From contig OZ024741.1 in assembly GCA_964016885.1 (NCBI GenBank), forward strand, positions 290,470,001 to 290,534,000: DNA of 64,000 bases. The letters are read 5' to 3'. Under the pieces are notes generated by a model, which was given only the letters and a program-made list of their open reading frames with translations, was not told where the DNA came from and did not search any database. A program made the position numbers and the translations under genes. This document shows, in pieces, positions 51,804 to 64,000 of this stretch (positions within the stretch are counted from its first letter, which is position 1; each line of letters starts with the position of its first letter). Source of the stretch: Eledone cirrhosa. Taxonomy: Eukaryota.

Positions 51804-51965
51804 ATTACATTAATGTATCTCTAGTCAATCAAGATGATCATTGCATCATGTTATATTGCCATGTAATACTTCGCGAAGATTGCATCAGTTGTATTAATAG
51901 ATATTGTAGCGTGTGATATTTCAGCATCTTACTCATGTGTGTCGTGCACACACACACACACATAT

Positions 51966-52073
51966 ATATGGGTGTGTCCCCCCCCCCCCCAAAAAATGTA
52001 TACATACTTCAACAGCATTCTAATAAATATTGCCTGTACATGTAATTTTTGGGGAGACCCTGTATATATATAT
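51966..52073. mobile_element. Tc1/mariner-type MITE
   Basis: Imperfect TIRs GGGTG..CCCCAAAAAATGTA / TTTTTTGGGGAGACCCTG-TA in TA context. Confidence 0.55.
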
Positions 52074-52079
52074 GTGTGT

Positions 52080-52188
<109 letters not shown>

Positions 52189-52451
52189 TATATATATATT
52201 ATGTCAGGTCACTCTTGATTGCTACTGGTAACATGTAAACCAGTACAAGCTGTTGCATGGTCGGGTCGTCGGCGACTAAACTGGCAACCCCACCAAGTTT
52301 ACTTGGTGAGGAGGGTGATTTTGGACATCCTGCAAGACAAAAAACGAAACCTGACAAAGGGCGGAAGAACTGATAAGAGTCAACGGCCATCCAAAAATGT
52401 GTAAATATGTATATACACATGTACATATGTATGTGTATATACGTGTGTATA

Positions 52452-53177
52452 TGCCTGGGGTGTCAGGGAGGGGCATGTACCTCTTTAGGAGGAGGAGGGA
52501 CTAGCCATGCCCTTTTCAAGACAGCTCCTCCTGCTTTGGTTCCCACCTGACACTCAGCTCTCACCCGTGGCCCCAAGAAGCTGTAGCATGCGACAGCGGC
52601 CACACCCCGGTAAACCGCCTTGGCTGGCGGCCCGAACCAAGTTGAGGGTAGCCGGACGGGTCTGACCCCCCCCCCCCCGGTGAGTTAGATAGAAGATGCC
52701 TACCCCTGCATGCGAAGACTGGACCCGGCGGAGTGAGTGGATGAGGACAACAACGTCCCAACGGTCACGAAGGCGGCGACAGCAAGCGGTGTGGAGCGCT
52801 AGGGCACGGCAAGGTACTACAGACAACGTGGCCATCCACTGCAGCCAAGGAAGTCCCTGGTCGTGATGGTCCTCCGTACCACCGGATTCTGGCTTTTGCG
52901 GCCGAGTGAGTGGGACCGTCACTGTGCACTGGCCCTCCCACTATAAACCTTTCCCGCACAGGTTTCTTCTTTAGCGTGCACTTCCAAAGCCCTGCGGCGA
53001 TGGGCGAGAGGCGGAGGTAACATATGGGAGTTGCCAGTCTGACTCCGGTCTCTTCCCCTACCCCCACTGTCCCCGGACCTGCAAGTCAACGATCGGCCTC
53101 CACAGCCACCTTCGTGCCCACGGCAGACGGGAACAACAATAAAGAAGATGTCATCATCGTTTACGATGGACAACCAA
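52452..53177 (+). mobile_element. GC-rich RTE-like 5' UTR relic
   Basis: GC-rich island between TA tracts. GGTTCCCACCTGACAC..GCATGCGACAGCGGCCACACCCCGG resembles RTE 5' regions (from memory). Strongly self-complementary. Confidence 0.45.
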
Positions 53178-53527
53178 GAATATATATATATTTCTTTTTT
53201 TTTAATTCAAATATAAATAGAACAACCTCCCATGACATTTCTCAGGTTTTTCTCTGAGGTCTTCCCTGGAAATGGATGGTGGATCCGAAAATATTTGGGA
53301 ATATTAAAATTTGCTGAGGTAACAGCCTATCGTCCTCACTCTTTTACGGTCTTCTTTTTTTCTGCTACTTTCTTATTATCTTGGAATTTTTACAAAACAC
53401 GTATTGTCGGGTTTCCAAATAATTGTTTCTACTTTTGGCACAAGGCCAGCAAAATCCACTCCAAATAATGAAACTTATTTCTTAGTCATATTTCTATCAC
53501 ATGTTCCACAATGCTTCACGCAAAATA

Positions 53528-53645
<118 letters not shown>

Positions 53646-53699
53646 TTATATTGTGTGTGTGTGAAATAAATAAAAAACAAAGCAAACGACACAGTACAA

Positions 53700-54126
53700 T
53701 GAAGAAGTACATCATTTTTACTTTTACGCTTGATATAGTACGAAAAGAGTCTCAACGCTTTGGACGCTAGTCCTTCATCAGAAAATAGAACAAGAAATTA
53801 AAGAAGAAATAGAAAGAGTAAGATGATGGGCAGTGACGGGAACGAAACGTTCTTTTTCGAGAAAAATACGCCAACTATTTTGTGTAAGATAATCTTGTTT
53901 TAAAATGTGATCGAACGCGTCTCTCTGAAAGGAGGAAAACCGTTTTGTACATAGAGCTGTATTTGTGCACGCGTGCTTGTATAAGCTAAGAGTATGTGCG
54001 TAGATGTAAGTATAAGAGTGTGTGTGTGCGTTTGTAAGTGCGAAGCTGTCAGCCAATGTGTGTGTATATATCGATGTGTGTGTGTGTTATTTGTTGATCA
54101 GTACAGAGCTGTGAAGGTAAATGTAA

Positions 54127-54187
<61 letters not shown>

Positions 54188-54775
54188 GTGTTGGTCATTA
54201 TAAGCTGTACGCGAGGGCAGAGAAGTAAGCACGAGCGTATGTGTATAAGATTAAAGAAATAGGGGAAGGGATTAAATTCATTGCGAAACTGGACCTATGG
54301 CGGAAAATCAGACTCTGCTCAGTCCTGGTGCGTGAGGCCTGTGATCTGAGATGTAAATGACTGAGACGTGTAGGGAAGAGTGGCTTGAGGAACAGAAATG
54401 ACGGTCGACGAGTGAATCCATGCCGAGTGGTATATCGCTCAAGTGTTCAACGAAACGATGGCAAGTTGAGGAGAGAAGAAGGTATGCCTTTGGGAGATCT
54501 TGGTTGAGAAACGGATTTGAGATAGGGTGAAACAGAGGATCACCTGCATGAGATGGTGAGAGGAGTGGCTAAGGATTGGTTCAGTGGTGGAAGCTGGGTA
54601 GGATGTGGATTGGAAGTTGAAGCAGAAAACTCAAGGAATGAGGTGGTGGTGAAGACACCTGTTGAGGAATGTCACGTGACTGTCGTGGCGTGTTTTGATG
54701 AAGAGGAGTTTGGAGAGATGCAAGGAAGACTGAATGCAAATGGGCTGGAGACTGTGTTTGAAGGTGGCTAAAACA
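53700..54775 (-). mobile_element. Internally deleted Penelope-like element with downstream hammerhead remnant
   Basis: Minus translation SHVTFLNRCLHHHLIP (PLE N-terminal motif) is joined to RFVEHLSDI..VDRHF..HS (GIY-YIG end). CTGATGAAGGAC TAGC GTCC lies at 53781-53762. Confidence 0.65.
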
Positions 54776-55026
54776 AAACAACGTATCAACTGTTCTAAAC
54801 TCGAGCATTATTTTATCGACAACATCTCAGGATATAAAGAGATGATTTAGCAGTAAATTTCAGTATTTTACTGGCACTTAAACTATTAAAAGTCAAGCCA
54901 ATGAGATTCGAACCCACAACGTAAATAGTCGTATTTGTAAGATGGCAAATTACATGATAGACTTTTTTTTATAATAAAAAAAACCACCAATGCCACTACA
55001 CATATTTTAAACGTTAACATTTAAAA

Positions 55027-55930
55027 TTTTTTTTTATTAATTAGGTTTATTTACAATAACAATTTATTTATAACTTTGCCTATTAATCCGTATGGTGAGT
55101 AGATGGGATCCCACGTGCTGGCCTCCCCACAGCCTCGGCGGACAGGATGGAGAAGACGTTGCCCCAGAGGATGGTAAGAGATGCGCTGGAAGAGCCATTC
55201 CAACTCGCGAGGCTCACACGTAGGGAGGTAGCCCTAGGGCTAAGGACACCAGAAGTCTCCACTGCCAAGGGCACGACCACGAACCTGTCGGAGAGCGACC
55301 GATACTTGGAGAGTTTGGCCTCCTCAGCCCGACGTGCAGCAGTACCTCGGTTAGTCGCAGACTGCATCAGGTTGCGGCTGGAGAAAGAGTCGCTGGAAGT
55401 GGCATCCCAGACGAGGGGTTTGCCACCGCGGAACGGGAAGATAGTCATAACATCTGGTCTTTTGCCGTCCCCTCGGTCCAGCCGCACCGGCTCGAACTGG
55501 GAGGGGAAGCCTGCAGCGTCCAAGCCATGCTTAATGATCTCGTTGAGGGCAACATGGCGTGGAAGGCGGCCGGCATTGTAGCGACAGGAGAGCGGGTGGA
55601 GTCCGAAAGAGTCCACCGTGGATCCACAGCGACATTTATGTTGCTCGCAGATTTGGAATCCAGACCTCAAGGACACGCCGATGCGCAGGTTATCGTTATC
55701 CAGCTGCGTGCCAGAGGGCAAGGCATGGAGCCAAGCACCACCGTGGGGTTTGGAGGCCGCGCGAAAGCAGGCAAGGCAGTGTTGGTCGAGCTGATGCGTG
55801 AGCCTGTTTGAGGCCAGGCTTCACTGGATGGCATCCCATACGCTTTGGGGGGGACTTGACGTCACAGCAGGGGGAGAAGGAGGAGGAACGTCTACTGGGT
55901 TAAGTCCCAGCCTGTCCCACGTCTCACAGG
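55027..55930 (-). mobile_element. 5'-truncated CRE-like non-LTR retrotransposon (CCHC plus restriction-like endonuclease)
   Basis: CRC..GLHPLSC..RH..LN..EP..KRPD..LVWD..K..KY..PLAVETSG, with an A-rich tail at about 55035-55027. Imperfect TSD CGTTAACATTTAAA (55012) / CGTTAAAATATAAA (55931). Confidence 0.85.
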
Positions 55931-56608
55931 CGTTAAAATATAAAGGGAAACAACTCTTAAAAGTAAACATTACTAAGGGTGGTTACTCTAGTAAGTTTTT
56001 AGATTAAGTGAGGAAAGTGGATATACAGTGCCACCCCCTCCCCTTAAAAAACAACATATCTACACATTTTGATTACCTGTACAGGCAATATTTATTACAA
56101 TGCTGTGGAAGTGTGTATACATTTTACTGTGACACTCTGTATATATAAAATGGCAATATAAAATGATGCAATGAAAATTATTTTGTAGAGATACACGTAT
56201 ACATTGTGAGCATTGCATCATCGGTATTTATAACAGTATAAATAACATTACACATGTACAGTGACAACAAAGATAATACGTCATTAATGTAGATAGAAGT
56301 TGTAACGATATATTTCAACGTCTTTCTGTTCTTAACAGGATTATAATAGTAGTTACCAGTAATGCACTGGTTAATTGCTGGCCTTGTGCCTAAAGTAGAA
56401 ACAATTATAATAGTAGCTACGGCCCTTGCCATTCTAAGTTCAAATTCCGCCGAAGTTAACTTTGCCTTTCATCCTTACGGGGTCGATAAAATAAAGTACC
56501 AGTAATACACTGGATATTTGCTGGCCTTGTGCCAAAAGTAGAAACAATTATAATAGTAGTGTATATATATAGGATTTAATTTCAAATCTTATATCCATAA
56601 CATAGATA

Positions 56609-56678
56609 TTTCATCTGATGAACGAACTAGGCGTTTCTGTTAGAATCGTCTAATTTCGTGAAACCTTGGGTAATGGAA
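56609..56678 (+). ncRNA. Type I hammerhead ribozyme with long stem II
   Basis: TTTCAT-CTGATGA-ACGAACTAGGCGTTTCT GTT AGAATCGTCTAATTTCGT-GAAA-CC TTG GG-TA-ATGGAA. Confidence 0.8.
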
Positions 56679-58134
56679 TAATTATATTGTGTTGTCTATT
56701 ATGTAATTAAATAGCTCTGTACTATACATAGAGCACTCTTTTTTCCTTTACCTTTTCTATGGAAATACATAAAACATATATATAATAAAATGATATAGTT
56801 TGCTTGAAGCATTGTATATAATACATAACGTGTGTGTGTGTGTATGTGTGTGTTTGTGTGTGTGTATGTGTGTGTTTGTGTGTTTGTATGTCTGTGTGTG
56901 TGTGTGTGTATGTGTGTGCATCAAACAGAATAATCCGATTTTATTTACAGTTTTTATAAATGTTCAATATCTAAATAACTTTTAAAGAATTTATAAAAGT
57001 TAGAAAAACGATAAAACTGTATTCAGACATAAGTTACCACATGATTATATGGTCATTTGAAATGTAACCTTTTTGATACATCTTGCATATAAAAACCACA
57101 TCTCTCTTTCTGAAGCTCTTTCTTTCTCTCTCTACTTTTATACTCTTTATTTATTTCTCTCTCTGAAGCACATTTGAGTAATGTCCCTTACTAATCTTTA
57201 TTCTTAAGAGTTATCTCCCTCTATAATTTTACGTTTATAGTGTTGCGCTATCGTAAATGTTACCATCAAAACGAAGTCTATGATGCAATTTGCGTTTAAG
57301 TTTCATTTGCCTGACTTCAAATAATTTAAGTGTCAGCAAAATACCGAAAGTTATTGTTAAATCGACAGGATTGACTCTTTATATTCTGAGGGTGTGGCGA
57401 TAAAATATAGCTCGAGTTCAAAACAGTGGATACGTATATTTGTTAGAGCGAGAGACAAATTACATTGTTGTAACTGTCCAACCCTCTTCGTCTTGTGTCC
57501 GTCTCAGATAACATTGGTGCTTAGCTGTATTGTCTTTGCTTTTCCTTTCGACAATATAACAGATTTTACGAGCTAAACCAAACGGTAAAAGACCCAGGGG
57601 TAGACCCTGAGCAAGATGGTTGGCTTACATCCATGGGCTTGGCTTCTAACGCTTGGAGATCCAGCCAGATCAGTTGGAGACGGTTGCTTCTGATAAGACC
57701 AACTGGAAGGAGTGTTTGAGGGCTCTGCCCCCGCGACCCTTTCTGGAATGAATGGAGGAGGAGGAGGAGGAGGAGGAGGAGGAGGAGGAGGAGGAGGACG
57801 ACGACGACAACGAAGAAGAAGAAGAAGAAGAAGAAGAAGAAGAAGAAGAAGATATTTCCCTAAAGATATAGACATCAATACTTGACTTAACTTTTCTCTT
57901 GTTGCTCTGATATTGAAATCATATTCAAGTATATCTTGGCAATAGAGACGATAGTTGCATGTGAAGCCGGTGTATTAATCACATAATCAGCACATTATTC
58001 ATACGAAAGGGAATTTAGTTTAAAAAGTACGTAGTCCATTATTTTAATAAAGCTTTGTTTGTGAATTTAATACTCACACGCGCATACACACAAATACACA
58101 CACACATACACACACATATATATACATACATAGT

Positions 58135-58190
<56 letters not shown>

Positions 58191-58274
58191 AAAGGTAAAC
58201 AGAAATAACAACACAATCGGTACAGTATACGGAAGGTATATATTAGATTAACGCTTGATATAGCAGGAAGAGGG

Positions 58275-58310
58275 TTTTAACGTTTCGGACGCTAGTCCTT
58301 CATCGGAAGA
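58275..58310 (-). ncRNA. Minimal hammerhead-like motif (CCGATGA variant)
   Basis: Minus: TCTT-CCGATGA-AGGAC TAGC GTCC-GAAA-CG-TT-AAAA. Same family as 53750-53785. Confidence 0.5.
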
Positions 58311-58406
58311 AAGAATGAGAAATAAAATAGATTAAGGGGACGGGCGGGATGGAATTGGAAAAAATGTCTTTAGATAAAAATAATAGGTCTATTCATGTTG
58401 ACATCT

Positions 58407-58454
<48 letters not shown>

Positions 58455-58549
58455 TATGCATGTATGTATATGTACATACATATATGTATACAGACGTACA
58501 GTAGTATGTATATATATATATATACATGCACACATATATATATATATAT

Positions 58550-60369
58550 TAAAATAATAATTAAAATAATAACATCAATATAAGTAAGAGATAGAGTATA
58601 ATGGAGAATCTGGCATGTTAAACAGACTGATATGATACAGATGTATGGAATTGACATGTGAACACTGCTATAGGGTACATTAGATATAGTGATAGGGTAG
58701 CGACTAGATAACAGTAACCACTAAGATGTACTTGGAGACAGAATTTATGAGGGATCCACTGTGCTGTAGGTATTCTAGCAATAAACCGGAGATTTGCTTT
58801 TTATTTATTTATTATTTGACAGATAAACATTTTCATTTGATTAATTTAGTGATGATGGTAGTTTTTATATGGTGCTAAATAGAGTTGTAGATTCGTTATT
58901 TAAGTGGCCTATACTAAAGGTGGAGATTGTTAGTTCGAATCGTGGGGGTTTAGTTTTCACAGCATCAATAACAAATCGTGTATAAATAACAGAAGGTAGT
59001 AAAGTAGTGAAATGTGCATGGTAGGTATATAGAACATGATGAATAATATTAGGGCTATATTGAGATGTTCATAATAATAATAATAATAATAAGAATAATA
59101 AGAAGAGGAAAGTGAGATTGCAAGGGGTGTAGGAGTAATAAGATAATGTACTTAGAATTAGGTTCGTCTGTTAGAGATCGTGAGTGCTAATGAGAGATAT
59201 AAATCCTTTGTACGAAGTAGTGGGTAACAGCGAAGGTAGGATTGATTTACGGGCTGATAAGATAGTTGTAGACATATTCCAGTGGGATAGAATTAGGGAG
59301 TCTATAAGGTATTTTTAGAAGTTTATAGTTCCGTATTGGGCTGTGTGGGAAGGCGGATTTCATATGTTAAAAGCTAAGTGGTATTGGTTCGAATCACGTT
59401 TGTTTAAATCTGTGAATTTTGTAGCAATCCAATCTCTACAGAAAATTGACCTTTCTATTTTGCTGTTGAGTAGCATTTTATCGTTCCTTAAGATATGCAG
59501 CAATTCAAGGTTGCAGAGCCCGCAGTAGGACATACCGCTGCTATATGTCTTTGCGGTCGCCAATTTCGACCAGCTAATATTATAATCAAGGTTTTTGTCC
59601 TTACGTTGCAAGATTTTATTGGAGAGGGTTGTAGAATTTATCAGTGCACGGTTCTTCATTGAATGTCTGTGCACATACCATCTTTTTTTAAACGCACCCG
59701 CGGTGGATCCAATGTAGTGCCAGGTGGAGTTGCCCGAGTCTATAGTACACATGTACACTAGGCCCAAATCAAGGCACATATTCGCTAGTGGGCACTTATC
59801 CGGTAGGTGACAGTTGCAATTCGGGGTATTACTCTGTGCAGCTTTCACATTGCAGTTTTGTAAGCTATTGTATGTGGGTTGTGATTTATGCCTATTGGAA
59901 TTTTGCTGCGGTGTGTTCATATGCGTTTGTGTAATGTGTTTGTGTTTTGTGTTTGGTGCTATGTTGCGTATGGGTGGGATATCTTTCCTAGAAGTATTCT
60001 TGTGGTTGATCTTGCGTATGTGCGATTCAATGTTTGCAGCAGTAGAGTATGAGAGTTTTCTAATTTTTCTATTGAAGATTTTATGATATCTATGCGACAT
60101 AGGGAAGTGCTTATCTATTAGTTTAAAGAACGTAGAAGGCAGTTTAGTTGTTATAGAGGAGTTGAAGATTGGATTAAACCAAATGTATTTTCTTTCTCTA
60201 GTTCTTCTATAGTTTCTGGGGTTTACATTATTCGTGTTCGGTCCTCCTACTCTAGGTGCCATTTGCCTAATTTTATGTCTAGTCCGGTTACCTCTGTTCT
60301 TGTATGAGCGGTTGGTATCGGTGTTAATGGGTTTATTTGCGTTGTCCTTATCCGTTATAAACTTCAGCT
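58550..60369 (-). mobile_element. Penelope-like element, inverted 3' copy (Cys-rich linker, GIY-YIG endonuclease, 3' UTR)
   Basis: ORF 59360-60262: WFNP, CNC..CPL..C, LVY..YIGST..FKKRW..H. 58747-60369 is the near-identical reverse complement of 62359-64000. Confidence 0.93.
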
Positions 60370-60380
60370 AAAATAGAAAC

Positions 60381-60444
<64 letters not shown>

Positions 60445-60580
60445 CTTCAAGCATAGCTTTATACAATATGTATAATAGTTTCGTATTTCCAAAGAAATAC
60501 GGTTTTAGGAAGCCGTAGCTATGCAAACACCGAGGCGCTAACACCCTCTGGCGATGTCCAGCAGAAGTAAGGGGGACAAC

Positions 60581-60620
60581 CGTCTATGAATTTCAGGCTT
60601 AACTGGCCATCGTCAGGACG
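60581..60620 (-). ncRNA. Minimal type I hammerhead ribozyme
   Basis: Minus: CGTC-CTGACGA-TGGC CAGTTAA GCCT-GAAA-TTCA-TA-GACG. Confidence 0.7.
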
Positions 60621-60957
60621 CTCCCTCCCACCGCTTGCGACTGCTGGACTAGAAGACAGGCGAGAATATATAGTTTTCTCGTCTGTGTAAATGAGGTGAT
60701 TAATCTCATTTGCATATGTAGCTCCATAAGTTGGCTCAACTTATAATAGAAAAGAAATAGGATTTCGCTTCATGCATAGCTTTATACAATATGCATAATA
60801 ATTTCGTATTTCCAAAGAAATACGGTTTTAGTAAGCCGTAGCTATGCATAGACGGTTGTCCCCCTTGCTTGTGCAGGACATCACGAGAGGGCGTTAGACC
60901 CTCGGTGTTTGCATAGCTACGGCTTCCTAAAACCGTATTTCTTTCGAAATACCAAAT

Positions 60958-64000
<3,043 letters not shown>

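Overview
AT-rich, microsatellite-dense animal DNA. The SINE, RTE and Penelope content suggests a cephalopod such as Octopus (inference). One complete protein-coding gene can be assembled by hand on the minus strand: SIL1, the ER BiP nucleotide-exchange factor. It has 9 coding exons at 46836..32096, 1416 nt, 471 aa, a signal peptide and C-terminal KEEL, and all splice phases are consistent. The rest is repeat-derived: many copies of one tRNA-derived SINE family, RTE-clade LINEs (one with a PHD-like finger inside the RT, one 5'-inverted), a CRE-type RLE fragment, Penelope-like elements (one with a 1.6 kb inverted arm), a hATm-like transposon, MITEs and a Helitron-like composite. The most striking unannotated signal is a set of short cassettes, mostly inside (TA)n tracts, carrying type I hammerhead ribozyme folds. 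About six look intact, one of them a U3-A8 core variant, and several more are decayed. Many are arranged as head-to-head fold-backs. All folding and alignment was done by eye, and repeat boundaries are approximate.
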